From the IMG/VR virus record IMGVR_UViG_3300009964_000006: a DNA stretch of 53,905 bases; one strand, 5' to 3'. The position numbers and the translations under genes were made by a program. Source of the DNA: a virus. The notes below the pieces were generated by a model. The model made no database searches. It saw only the letters and a list, made by a program, of their open reading frames with translations, and was not told where the DNA came from. Each line of letters begins with the position of its first letter. Positions within the stretch are counted from its first letter, which is position 1. This document shows positions 42,658 through 51,621 of this stretch, piece by piece.

Positions 42658-42846
42658 ATGGGATACTTAATAGATTTTATATCAACACTATTGTCGTTAT
42701 TTGCATGCTATTACGCTGGTAAATATAAAGCGTACAGCGATATTTACGAGAAAGTTCTAAACGAACACGTAAAAAGACATTTTGAAGAAGAATTTAAAGA
42801 CGATATTAAAAACAAAATAAATAAAGGACAAAACAAATGGAAGTAA
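42658..42846 (+). CDS. Small membrane protein (62 aa)
   Basis: Track ORF trimmed to the ATG; MGYLIDFISTLLSLFACYYAG is a TM segment. Confidence 0.45.
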   Translation: MGYLIDFISTLLSLFACYYAGKYKAYSDIYEKVLNEHVKRHFEEEFKDDIKNKINKGQNKWK

Positions 42847-43403
42847 AATTCAACGCAGGGGATATGTGCGTTATCCCCGATGGTTGCAAGGCAACCGTTA
42901 AGGACGGGAACGTGGTGTTTGAGAAAGAAGAAATAGAGAAAGTACAAGAGTTCGAGGACGGAGACGTGCTTGTAAATAATAATGTAATATTTATATATCG
43001 AAAGCAAGAAACACAAAAAGCAACATACTATGCGTGTGTTTATGCAGAAGAGATAAACTATGGTAAGTCTACAATTAATCACTACGCTGGATACATCGAA
43101 GAAGCTCGCCACGCCACCGAAGAGGAAAAACAGTTACTCTTTGATAAGATGAAAGAGCAAGGACTAAAATGGAATGCCGAAGAGAAAAGAGTAGAGAAAG
43201 TGCGATGGAGAGCATCTTTTGACGAAAGATACTACTATATAAATCACCTTTTAGATTGTCATTCGGATATAGAAGATTCTCATATCTTTAATAAAGAAAG
43301 GTGGAAGATGGGCAACTACTTTAAAAACAAAGAGCAAGCCGAAGAGGCTGCTAAACGTGTAAAGGAGACATTAAGAAACTACCACGAAGAAATAGGAGAA
43401 TGA
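42837..43403 (+). CDS. Hypothetical protein (188 aa)
   Basis: Track ORF. Confidence 0.55.
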   Translation: MEVKFNAGDMCVIPDGCKATVKDGNVVFEKEEIEKVQEFEDGDVLVNNNVIFIYRKQETQKATYYACVYAEEINYGKSTINHYAGYIEEARHATEEEKQLLFDKMKEQGLKWNAEEKRVEKVRWRASFDERYYYINHLLDCHSDIEDSHIFNKERWKMGNYFKNKEQAEEAAKRVKETLRNYHEEIGE

Positions 43404-43735
43404 AGATAACTGAACTAAGAATTGGCGACCGTGTGCAGGAAAAACACACACGGTTTCCAATGACCGTTGTAGGCTTATACTCCACGCTCGACGACCTTAA
43501 ATCAGGCATGGTGGACCTCGATTTCGAGGGCAACGAGGGCGATGTGTGGATACACAAACCCGAAGAACTGGAGAGAGCAGATAGCCAGTCTACAGATTGG
43601 GATAAAGTAAGAATTAACGCTGCCATTGTCAATATGCAAACACTGATGGCACAGTCGTGGCAAATGGAAGCAGACGAAGTGGCAAAGGTAGCTGTAAAGT
43701 ATGCCGATGCGCTAATAAAAGAACTACAGAAATGA
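43400..43735 (+). CDS. Hypothetical protein (111 aa)
   Basis: Track ORF with ATGA overlap upstream. Confidence 0.55.
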   Translation: MKITELRIGDRVQEKHTRFPMTVVGLYSTLDDLKSGMVDLDFEGNEGDVWIHKPEELERADSQSTDWDKVRINAAIVNMQTLMAQSWQMEADEVAKVAVKYADALIKELQK

Positions 43736-43911
43736 ATAGAACAAGATTTAACTTTTGGCTATGGACATTCATAACCATTATGTGGGAAGTTACCCTAATG
43801 GGTGCAATATCGCACCATCATTATAAAGACGTTTATCTTCCTTTTATAGGTATGATAATCAGCCTGATACCCACGATTATTAATTTCTTAGCATTAGAAA
43901 GGAAGAGATGA
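43732..43911 (+). CDS. Two-TM small membrane protein (59 aa)
   Basis: ATG 43732 (MNRTRFNFWLWTFITIMWEVTLMGAIS...FIGMIISLIPTIINFLAL). Track ORF 43657..43911 trimmed. Confidence 0.5.
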   Translation: MNRTRFNFWLWTFITIMWEVTLMGAISHHHYKDVYLPFIGMIISLIPTIINFLALERKR

Positions 43912-44141
43912 AGTTTAAACAAGCAATAGCCTTTGATGGGCGAAACCTTAACGACATTTTTCGCCTACCGTGTGTTGAAAGTATTGACAAAGGCGAAAAT
44001 GGAAAGCCATACGTTAAGCTGTATCGTAGCTGTACGGAGGGCAGACTGATTGCCACCGTAGGCACCGTGCTGGTGCAGTTCAGTGGCGGCACGTGGCAAG
44101 TGTTCGGCAAGGAGGCGTGGGAAAGAGCCACCAAAGAATAG
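43908..44141 (+). CDS. Hypothetical protein (77 aa)
   Basis: Track ORF. Confidence 0.5.
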   Translation: MKFKQAIAFDGRNLNDIFRLPCVESIDKGENGKPYVKLYRSCTEGRLIATVGTVLVQFSGGTWQVFGKEAWERATKE

Positions 44142-44151
44142 GCACGCAACC

Positions 44152-44239
44152 GTATATCCATAGATATACAAGCGTATATCCATAGATGTACAAGCGTATA
44201 TCCATAGATGTACAAGCGTATATCCATAGATGTAAAAAC
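44152..44239 (+). repeat. Four tandem 22-bp repeats GTATATCCATAGAT(A/G)TACAAGC (array 1)
   Basis: Copies start at 44152, 44174, 44196 and 44218. Copy 1 contains the perfect palindrome GTATATC-CATA-GATATAC. Related array at 51552..51617. Confidence 0.95.
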
Positions 44240-44349
44240 ACAGAACAATATGACAATAGAGCAATACACTTATTTAGTAGCCAAATATGGCGAGGAAACT
44301 GTCTACCGATTCTTCAGACGTTCGGTGGACGCATTAAGAAGAAAATATA

Positions 44350-45264
44350 ATGAACGTATTTAAACAACAAAAACCATTCGCTGGAATAAAGCAAACCGAT
44401 TTAGCGCAAGTGTGGCAACAGAATCGTGAAACGCTAAACCATATTTCCGCCCTATTCCACGTAATAATAGGCGGAGCAAACAGCGTGGCGCAAACTGTTA
44501 TGCTCGACACCATAGCCTTGCTTTCCAAAACAAACCAATACAAAGGAAAGGCAAAGCACAACGCACATTTGGCGGTGAAGAGATATAACGATTTCGACCG
44601 TCAGAATATGGAAGATATGCGCAATAAACAGCTGGACAAACGTCAGTTCTATATGGACTACCTTGACGATTTGGAGGAACGGCTGAAACCCGATGTCTTT
44701 CGTTTCAGACTTGCCATTAAACAAGTGTTGGACAAAAGAAAGATAGCCGACAGCGAACTGAAATCGTACATTCTATGTACCTACGAAATGCTGCACTACT
44801 GCGTTACGCTGTTCGATAGATTCATAAAAGAATTGCCGTCTATTCCGCCTATTAACTTTAAAGAAACATACAGAGCCGCCCGATTAGACGGAGTGTTTAC
44901 AGCGTGGGACAACCTTACAGCTGCACTTTGCAGAGACTGTGCCGATATCAGATTAGACGACGACCCCAACTGTCGCCTTGCCCTGAACATTATAGAAACA
45001 AAAATAGTGTCGGAGCAAAGCATAAACCAAAGTGGCAAAGAGGCTCTAAGCCTCAACCCCACCATACAGTTGGAAGCCGACCGTGCCGAAATGAACCACC
45101 ATCGCAAACCGTTCCAACCATTGCAATTCACAGATGCACAAATGGAATATCTAAAAAGCAGCTACTCAACCACACGAAACATAGACCTTGCCAAAACGTT
45201 AGGCATCAGCCTATCGAAACTTAACAAACTCGCAAAAGAACTCAATTTAACGAAGCAGAACTAA
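44350..45264 (+). CDS. Putative transcription regulator with a C-terminal HTH (last early gene; candidate late-gene activator)
   Basis: 304 aa. The C-terminal TRNIDLAKTLGISLSKLNKLAKELNL is HTH-like. Preceded by the 22-bp repeat array and followed by a strong terminator. Confidence 0.55.
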   Translation: MNVFKQQKPFAGIKQTDLAQVWQQNRETLNHISALFHVIIGGANSVAQTVMLDTIALLSKTNQYKGKAKHNAHLAVKRYNDFDRQNMEDMRNKQLDKRQFYMDYLDDLEERLKPDVFRFRLAIKQVLDKRKIADSELKSYILCTYEMLHYCVTLFDRFIKELPSIPPINFKETYRAARLDGVFTAWDNLTAALCRDCADIRLDDDPNCRLALNIIETKIVSEQSINQSGKEALSLNPTIQLEADRAEMNHHRKPFQPLQFTDAQMEYLKSSYSTTRNIDLAKTLGISLSKLNKLAKELNLTKQN

Positions 45265-45342
45265 AATAGTCCAAAAATAGTCCAATTCTTGGACAGATAT
45301 TGGACAGAAATTATACTCTTTTCAATTCATAATTATGTAGTA

Positions 45343-45378
45343 AGCCCCACCGTCCGTGATGGATAGTGGGGCTTTTTG
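45343..45378. terminator. Rho-independent terminator between the convergent early and lysis genes
   Basis: Stem AGCCCCAC/GTGGGGCT (45343..45350 / 45366..45373) followed by TTTTTG. Confidence 0.75.
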
Positions 45379-45395
45379 CGTTTATACCATTACGG

Positions 45396-46037
45396 CTATT
45401 TCCTTACTCTATCTCTTATTCTTTGCACCACATTTCGCACGCTTGGCACTCGCTTGTAAAGGTAGTATAATGCTATGGCGATGGCAAATAGAATGCTTAC
45501 ACCTATTACGAGCTGCCAAAAGTTAAAAGGCTTCGACACGGCTATCTGCTCTACGTGCTTTTGCTTCTGCTTGTGCTGCTCGGTGGCGTGTACTTTCGTT
45601 CTTACCACTTTATTTGCTGTGCTGTCTTTCTGCACTGACACGCCTTTTCTATCACTCTTACGGCTTATCTTCGTTTCTTTGATACTCCTTAAGCCGTGAT
45701 GTATTATGACGCTGCCATCGCCTTTATATTCTACCATTGGCGAATTAACATTCGTGTCGTGAGTAAGACAGCTTTCCTTGCCATAATAAGGCGTGTCGAA
45801 TATATACTCTCTTATAAGCGTGGTATATTCGTCTACACGTGATGTGTCCACGAGTGAGTATTTCACGCTTGCCTGTTCCTTTACTGTTTGTACGCTGTCA
45901 TACGTATGCCTTACGCTCTCCGCCTGCATGGCTTTCTTGGTCTTGCAACTGCAAAGGGTTATCAGTGCACATATCAGCACGCCCCATATTGCTCCTATTA
46001 ATCTATTCATAGTCTTTATACTTTTAGTTTGAAACAT
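45396..46037 (-). CDS. Candidate unimolecular spanin (N-terminal lipoprotein signal + C-terminal TM)
   Basis: MNRLIGAIWGVLICALITLCSCKTKK (lipobox-like LCSC; ATG 46010 is likely) and a C-terminal TM FNFWQLVIGVSILFAIAIALYYLY. Last gene of the lysis cassette. Confidence 0.5.
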   Translation of the reverse strand: MFQTKSIKTMNRLIGAIWGVLICALITLCSCKTKKAMQAESVRHTYDSVQTVKEQASVKYSLVDTSRVDEYTTLIREYIFDTPYYGKESCLTHDTNVNSPMVEYKGDGSVIIHHGLRSIKETKISRKSDRKGVSVQKDSTANKVVRTKVHATEQHKQKQKHVEQIAVSKPFNFWQLVIGVSILFAIAIALYYLYKRVPSVRNVVQRIRDRVRK

Positions 46038-46468
46038 TGTCTCCTTTGGCTGCCGTCGGGCTTCTTGTAACCCACGTGCACCCAGCGTGTGTACTTGTTC
46101 TTTTCAATTATGATTTGGTCGTATAGATAGCCACGCTTGCTAAAACTATATGCCATAAAACGTTCGAACACGTCCTGCTTTCCATTAGCTGGAACAATGT
46201 CAGCTGCATATCCAGCAACGTGCGCACTATTCTTTACGCCACCTACAGCCTTGTTCAGCGCAGGCGAACGGTACCCACTCGACACTATTAAAGACGGTGT
46301 ACCCAAATTGTACTGCTCGCAATATTTTGCCCATTCGGCACGTATAGCTTCCAGTAGCGTTATAGTTTCCGTCAGATGCACCCTAACCACTGCCGGGGGT
46401 GTGTTGTCTATTCCTTTCTCTTGTGCCACCTTTGAGGTGCACAACTCTCCTATTGTAAAGTTTGCCAT
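46016..46468 (-). CDS. Endolysin, peptidase M15 (VanY/L-Ala-D-Glu peptidase type)
   Basis: SGYRSPALNKAVGGVKNSAHVAGYAADI ... WVHV is the M15 zinc-binding H/D/H signature. Confidence 0.8.
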   Translation of the reverse strand: MANFTIGELCTSKVAQEKGIDNTPPAVVRVHLTETITLLEAIRAEWAKYCEQYNLGTPSLIVSSGYRSPALNKAVGGVKNSAHVAGYAADIVPANGKQDVFERFMAYSFSKRGYLYDQIIIEKNKYTRWVHVGYKKPDGSQRRQCFKLKV

Positions 46469-46469
46469 A

Positions 46470-46727
46470 TTATATCATTAATATTAACATTACCACACCA
46501 CCCATTACGCCAAAGAGTGCGTCCGTTAAATCGAAGTTCTCCTTGCGCACGAAGTGGTCTACGCATTCTTTTGCTATCATTACTATTGTTACAAATATCA
46601 ATGCAGCTAATGCTCCAACGTGTAAGCGCATAATGGCTGCCACCATCATACCCACAATGAAATGTAGATACTTGTCGCTCCCAATGTCTGCTAAGCGTTC
46701 AAATAATTTGTATATCCTTTCTATCAT
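46470..46727 (-). CDS. Holin (small multi-TM protein)
   Basis: 85 aa with 2-3 hydrophobic segments; ends 2 nt before the endolysin start. Confidence 0.6.
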   Translation of the reverse strand: MIERIYKLFERLADIGSDKYLHFIVGMMVAAIMRLHVGALAALIFVTIVMIAKECVDHFVRKENFDLTDALFGVMGGVVMLILMI

Positions 46728-46778
46728 ACTCTTTAAGTATAGGTATTCGACCTTGTTAAGCCGAATACCCCATTTACA

Positions 46779-47981
46779 TTACAACACCTTATTCTCTCCC
46801 TCGTAGAACTCTACTGATGGGTAGCCTTTGGCGAGTATCTTCTGCTTTAACTCTTCGTTTACTGTGCCAACCACATTCCTAAATATTAGCTTTGGTTTGT
46901 GTTCGTCTTGCGATACATCGGGTAGTATCTTTTCAGCAACGATGTTAATATCTAAGGCGTGTTCTTTATTATTTTCCTCGAACTCAAAACACTCCACCTT
47001 GCTATCTTTAATAGTTGCTAAATAATAGTAAACGTTTTTGTTTGATTGCACATTCTTGGTAATTCTTACTTTTTTAGCAACGCAACCTACGAATAATTTA
47101 CTTACGTTTTGGAGAATCTCATCTTGATTGTTGTAAGATATATATCCAGCAAAATATCCTTGCGCAGTTATAGTTAAAGTGTTTACTATGGTATCATTAA
47201 ATGAATTTGATATATCGCATTGTCCCATAGAAAATAAATCTAAGTCTAAATGTGGAGCATTCATACCCTCAAAGCAGCTTATTCCCGTATTTGTTAAATA
47301 AAAACTACTAAAGCAAACCTTTGCAAGTTCTAACTTCTCGTTAAAATCTGGGTCTGTTTCATTTACTCCTCTCATATAATCACCCTGAAAAGTTGTCATC
47401 AAACTACCTATATCGGTTATATTCTTTAAGAAGTAATCCAGAATCAAAGAATATGAAGGGTCTCCGCTTGTGTCTAACCCTGCCGCCCACGCTGCTGCTT
47501 TCTTCTGTAGGTCGGTGTAGTGGTCGGTTTCTTTCTCAACAATCTTTTCTACCACTTTCTCAACCACACGAGGCTCGGGTAATTGTAGTTGCAGTGCATC
47601 GCCATTGTCCTCCACAAGCTCTATGTTGGTTGTGGTGGTTAGGTTCTCTTGTCTGATACCGTCTTCGGTGTAGTCGGCATCGGGGTGATTAATAACGGCT
47701 GACACAATCAACCTGCCTTTGGCAAGTCCGTGATTGTCGAAGAACATAATCAGACGTTCTCCGTCTCGCTTGCAATGGCTATATACGCCTGCTTTGCGTT
47801 CTGCTTTATACACGGTGAAGCCTCCCTCTGTCTTTGCCGTTAATGTAAAATCGGCATCAGGAAAGTTCTCTACTACGCCATTTCTAACTACTTTCACTTC
47901 GAGAGGAAAGTCGCTTTTGTAATTGATGCGGACTACTCCTTCTTGGTGTTCTCCGCCTTGTCCTAATAATACTGTTTCCAT
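46779..47981 (-). CDS. Hypothetical 400-aa protein (Ig-like N-terminus, repeat-like C-terminus)
   Basis: Track ORF located between the tail-fibre and lysis genes. Contains the repeat VVEKVVEKIVEKE. No confident motif. Confidence 0.55.
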   Translation of the reverse strand: METVLLGQGGEHQEGVVRINYKSDFPLEVKVVRNGVVENFPDADFTLTAKTEGGFTVYKAERKAGVYSHCKRDGERLIMFFDNHGLAKGRLIVSAVINHPDADYTEDGIRQENLTTTTNIELVEDNGDALQLQLPEPRVVEKVVEKIVEKETDHYTDLQKKAAAWAAGLDTSGDPSYSLILDYFLKNITDIGSLMTTFQGDYMRGVNETDPDFNEKLELAKVCFSSFYLTNTGISCFEGMNAPHLDLDLFSMGQCDISNSFNDTIVNTLTITAQGYFAGYISYNNQDEILQNVSKLFVGCVAKKVRITKNVQSNKNVYYYLATIKDSKVECFEFEENNKEHALDINIVAEKILPDVSQDEHKPKLIFRNVVGTVNEELKQKILAKGYPSVEFYEGENKVL

Positions 47982-48089
47982 TGTGTTTGTGTGTTAAAAT
48001 GGCGTGCCTATTCCTCTCGAACCAACAGCAGCCTGAAATAAAACAATAAATAAATAAAAACTAAAAACTAATTATACAAAACAATAAAA

Positions 48090-48353
48090 TTATGAAAGTA
48101 AAAGACCTAATATAGTGCCTACAATACCGCCTGATAGCCATAGCACGATGCGTGTCCACTGCCAACGTGCGCACTCCTTAATGAGTAGACGAAACGCTTC
48201 TACCATAAAGCTGACAACGCTCACTACTATTAAAGAATAGACGCATACATTTATGGTTGGTGCGTCTGCTTTTGAAGAACTAATCGTTATAAAGAACGAT
48301 ATAAGTAAGCCTACTAAGGCTAATAAGATGTTACTACTGCTGAATGTTTTCAT
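48090..48353 (-). CDS. Small three-TM membrane protein
   Basis: 87 aa, almost entirely hydrophobic. Confidence 0.5.
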   Translation of the reverse strand: MKTFSSSNILLALVGLLISFFITISSSKADAPTINVCVYSLIVVSVVSFMVEAFRLLIKECARWQWTRIVLWLSGGIVGTILGLLLS

Positions 48354-48383
48354 TTTTATTTTCTTCTTTTTTTTATTATGAAA

Positions 48384-48875
48384 CTATAAAATATCTGCTT
48401 TGTCGCTATCTGCCTTGCTGTTGGTACTTTTTAAATACTCGTTCAGGAAAGGTATTTTATCAATCACCTTTAGGGTTAATACGTAGTAGACGAAGCCTGC
48501 CACCTTCCACATCGTGGTATTCTCAATGAGCATCATACGCCAATTTCTGACGATATTTGTAGCGTAGAACCAAATAGCTACACCACAAAGAGCCTTTACA
48601 ACACCCAATGTTTCTGCGCCAGCATGCAAGAAATAGCCTGTAAGAAATATTGATGCTGTCATCACAAAAAAGACAGCACAATGGTAAAAGAATACCATTG
48701 ATTTCTTCAAATCCCATCTTTCGCCATGCTTAAGACCTGCAACCACACCAAATATGTAATTCAGTGTGAATACTATCAACATAGCGTACATAAAGTCCCT
48801 AATAGGAAAGAATAGACTTAGCATACCACTGATGATAGAACAGATAACATATTTGAATTGTTCTAAATAATTCAT
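48384..48875 (-). CDS. Holin-like four-TM protein (phage_holin_4_1-like pattern)
   Basis: MLIVFTLNYIFGVVAGLKHGERWDLKKSMVFFYHCAVFFVM resembles the ..D..tG...a...g...S.k family pattern. Weak call. Confidence 0.45.
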   Translation of the reverse strand: MNYLEQFKYVICSIISGMLSLFFPIRDFMYAMLIVFTLNYIFGVVAGLKHGERWDLKKSMVFFYHCAVFFVMTASIFLTGYFLHAGAETLGVVKALCGVAIWFYATNIVRNWRMMLIENTTMWKVAGFVYYVLTLKVIDKIPFLNEYLKSTNSKADSDKADIL

Positions 48876-48899
48876 ACTTCCTCCTTTCTTGTTTGATGG

Positions 48900-49232
48900 T
48901 TATTGTATTCCCATTTTTCCTTGTTCTATCATACCAAATATGGCTATTACGCCTTTGTAGGCTGTTTGACCGCCATCGTCGGGTAGGGTTTCCCACTGTC
49001 CACCAGAGAAGTGCTCTGTGTTGTGGGTATAGGTGGCTTGCCTGTGGGGGTCTAACACGTACGATGGGGATTCGCCTTGTGTTATAAGTGCTACGTGGTC
49101 GGTGAATTGTAGCACTTTTGCTATTGTGTTCGTGGTGTCGGCTTGATAAGACACGGTGTGCAGATAGCCGTCTATGACTACTTCGCAGGTTACTAATTCC
49201 TGCTTGCTTAAGATTTTTGTTTGAATGTTCAT
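48900..49232 (-). CDS. Hypothetical protein (110 aa), tail-fibre-associated
   Basis: Track ORF directly downstream of the 585-aa fibre gene. Confidence 0.5.
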   Translation of the reverse strand: MNIQTKILSKQELVTCEVVIDGYLHTVSYQADTTNTIAKVLQFTDHVALITQGESPSYVLDPHRQATYTHNTEHFSGGQWETLPDDGGQTAYKGVIAIFGMIEQGKMGIQ

Positions 49233-49244
49233 ATTGCGTAATGT

Positions 49245-51002
49245 TTAAAGATTTCTTTCTCTTTGGAGTTGGGTGGTTGATATGCGCCCATCTCTGAATA
49301 TGTATATGGTTATGATGCAGAACTCTTTCTCTACGTCGGTTGCTCTCCCGTCGGCTCCTATTCTGGCATTGTTTCGCAGCTTCGCTTGTGGTGCGCAAGC
49401 TGCGTATACGCCATTTACGGGGTTGTTGCTTGCTACTGCCCTATCTCGTTGAAAGTATCTATAGTTGTTTTCTTCTACTTGTTGTTGTGTCCAGTCGCCA
49501 TCGGCTATGTAGCGGTCTTGCATTCGGGCTGCTGTGTAGAGATATACCGATGTTCCTATGGGTTTTCTATCGGTGAAGAATGGGTTGAATATGGAGTGTT
49601 CGGCTGGATAGCTGGCTACTTGCATTCCGCCTATGTAGCATACTTCCAGTGGAGAGAAGCTCGCTATGCGTATATTTTCAGCTTTTAGTCCGCTGGGCGA
49701 TAAATTCAGCGTGTTGTTGCCTGCATTATCGTAGAATTTTAACACCGCTTGCCCCTTTTCGTCTAAACCAAAGGCGATGTTGCGTGCTACGGCTCCAAAA
49801 ACCTGCATTAGTGGACCGGTTAGGTCTATGTAGCCTGACCCCGTGTTGCGTGTGCGAAACTTCAGTCCGTCTATGGCTCCTGTTTCGTCTACCGAGGCTA
49901 CGATGTTTCCTTGTTGGTCTATATAGTTGAAGTGTTTGGCACGGGCGTTTATGCTCATGTCGTTTCCATTAAGGTAGATGCCTGCAGCCTGCATACTTTC
50001 AACCACATCGGGGTCTTTCCACGTGGTGGCTTTAGTGCCTTCTTCCAGTTGTATTTCTGATATATAGGCTTCGCCATTGCGTGTGCAGCCTATGAATATT
50101 TGCAGATAGTTGTAGCCTTCTTCTATGTCGAAGGTGTGGGTGTATTGCTTCCACACTCCGTAAGATGATGGTATGTTGGGGTAGCTTGTTTTTGGTGCGC
50201 TCATATCTTTCGACTTACTGCGCTTTATTTCTATGTATGGCTGGTCGCTACCGTATATTCGCACAAACATTGATAGCGTGTAGGTGCGTCCGCCCATAGC
50301 TTTTATTACGGGGAATTTGCAGCCATTCCATTCGTCTAGTGTGGCTCCGTGGCGAGAGATGGATAGATATGGATTATCGAAGTGGGCAACGCTGGGATAC
50401 TTTACGATGGTTACGTATTGCGCACGTTGCAGACTTAGCAGATTGAGTGGGCGCAGACTTGCTCCTTTCAGTAGGTTTACTCCGCTGAAGGTTTGCTTAC
50501 TGACTTCCAAGCGAATATTCTCTGCATCTTGCTTTATGGTAGATATTTTCTGCTCCAGCCCCTGTTTGTCGGCTTTGTTTTGTGCTATTATGCTTTGGAA
50601 CTGCTTCTGATTGGCTTCAAACTTTGCCTCGTTCCACTTTTGCGCACTCACCATAAATTCTACCTTTGCTGTGCGAGTTTGCCCCTTATATGTGGCTGTT
50701 ATGGCTATGTGTCCGCTCCATTGGTTGGGACTTATGCCGTCTACCACGATGTTTTGCTCCACCAGTCGAGCGTAGCAGTTGTAGGGTGTTACGGTTGTTG
50801 ATGTGGGGGTTACGGCTGTTTGCCCCTCGTATAGCACTACTTGCACTTTGCGCTGCGTGGTGTTTTCTATTTCGCCCTCTCGGTTTGTCTCGAACGTTAG
50901 GCTGGTAGGTGTGCATACCAGCGTTAGGGCGTTGTCGCCTGTGTCGCCTTTTTGTCCGTCCGAAACGTTGGCTATGGTTATGTATGCTCGTGCTATTATC
51001 AT
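49245..51002 (-). CDS. Tail fibre / receptor-binding protein with a jelly-roll (CBM-like) segment
   Basis: 585 aa. The N-terminal MIIARAYITIANVSDGQKGDTGD is typical of fibre N-termini. YISEIQLEEGTKATTWKD resembles a CBM_4_9-type strand. Confidence 0.6.
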   Translation of the reverse strand: MIIARAYITIANVSDGQKGDTGDNALTLVCTPTSLTFETNREGEIENTTQRKVQVVLYEGQTAVTPTSTTVTPYNCYARLVEQNIVVDGISPNQWSGHIAITATYKGQTRTAKVEFMVSAQKWNEAKFEANQKQFQSIIAQNKADKQGLEQKISTIKQDAENIRLEVSKQTFSGVNLLKGASLRPLNLLSLQRAQYVTIVKYPSVAHFDNPYLSISRHGATLDEWNGCKFPVIKAMGGRTYTLSMFVRIYGSDQPYIEIKRSKSKDMSAPKTSYPNIPSSYGVWKQYTHTFDIEEGYNYLQIFIGCTRNGEAYISEIQLEEGTKATTWKDPDVVESMQAAGIYLNGNDMSINARAKHFNYIDQQGNIVASVDETGAIDGLKFRTRNTGSGYIDLTGPLMQVFGAVARNIAFGLDEKGQAVLKFYDNAGNNTLNLSPSGLKAENIRIASFSPLEVCYIGGMQVASYPAEHSIFNPFFTDRKPIGTSVYLYTAARMQDRYIADGDWTQQQVEENNYRYFQRDRAVASNNPVNGVYAACAPQAKLRNNARIGADGRATDVEKEFCIITIYIFRDGRISTTQLQRERNL

Positions 51003-51066
51003 CGGTTATATAAGTTTTTTAGATGTAGGGAGGACCGAAATTGCCCTCCCTATTTTCAGAGTGTGT

Positions 51067-51519
51067 TTATGGGTGAGGTTGAGTGCCGCCACCAGCAGGT
51101 TTGCTGCCTTTGGTTTTCTTTGCCTTTGGTTCTACTCGTTCGTAGGTTACGCCTTCGAGTGTGAAGTAGCGAGTAGATGGACGTAGTTTCACCATTGGCT
51201 TCTTTATGTCGCGTGTGGCGTTGAAGTCTTCTATGTGGTCTACGGCTTTCGACTTGAACGATGGCGATAGTGTGCCAATGTCGCCAAAGTCTACGCTTTC
51301 TCCGCTCTCTACGTGCTTCTTCGCCATTTCGGCTGCCAGGCGAAGTACGGCTTCCACTTCGGCACCTGTAAAGGTGGTGGCGTGTGCTACTTCTTCGCAG
51401 AATTGGCGGTGGGTTACTCGTTGTCGGTCGGTGGGGCGTGCTATGTACACCTTTTGCCCTTTCTTCGGACCTACACTCATTTTCTGTTCTCTAATTGTGA
51501 AACTTAAACATTTCGTCAT
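51067..51519 (-). CDS. HU-HIG-like (Bacteroides-type HU family) DNA-binding protein
   Basis: KVYIARPTDRQRVTHRQFCEEVAHATTFTGAEVEAVLRLAAEMAKKHVESGESVDFGDIGTLSPSF matches the Bacteroides HU-like pattern, with a Lys/Gly-rich tail. Confidence 0.6.
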   Translation of the reverse strand: MTKCLSFTIREQKMSVGPKKGQKVYIARPTDRQRVTHRQFCEEVAHATTFTGAEVEAVLRLAAEMAKKHVESGESVDFGDIGTLSPSFKSKAVDHIEDFNATRDIKKPMVKLRPSTRYFTLEGVTYERVEPKAKKTKGSKPAGGGTQPHP

Positions 51520-51551
51520 AGTTGTAAAATTTAAATAGTTGATATGAAAAT

Positions 51552-51617
51552 GTATATCTATGGATCTACGCTTGTATATCCCTGGATCTACGCTTGTATA
51601 TCCATAGATGTAAATTC
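51552..51617 (+). repeat. Three tandem 22-bp repeats related to array 1 (array 2)
   Basis: GTATATCTATGGATCTACGCTT, GTATATCCCTGGATCTACGCTT and GTATATCCATAGATGTAAATTC. The last copy shares GTATATCCATAGATGTAAA with the last copy of array 1. It lies 33 nt upstream of the HU-like gene start. Confidence 0.9.
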
Positions 51618-51621
51618 GTGC

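Noticed and set aside
48799-51186. Long Arg/His/Cys-rich alternative-frame ORFs on both strands (for example 48799..49398, 49340..49930, 50284..50916, 50803..51186)
   Set aside because: They fall in the GC-rich fibre block, where stop codons are rare in all frames. Their composition is not protein-like and they fully overlap well-supported fibre genes.
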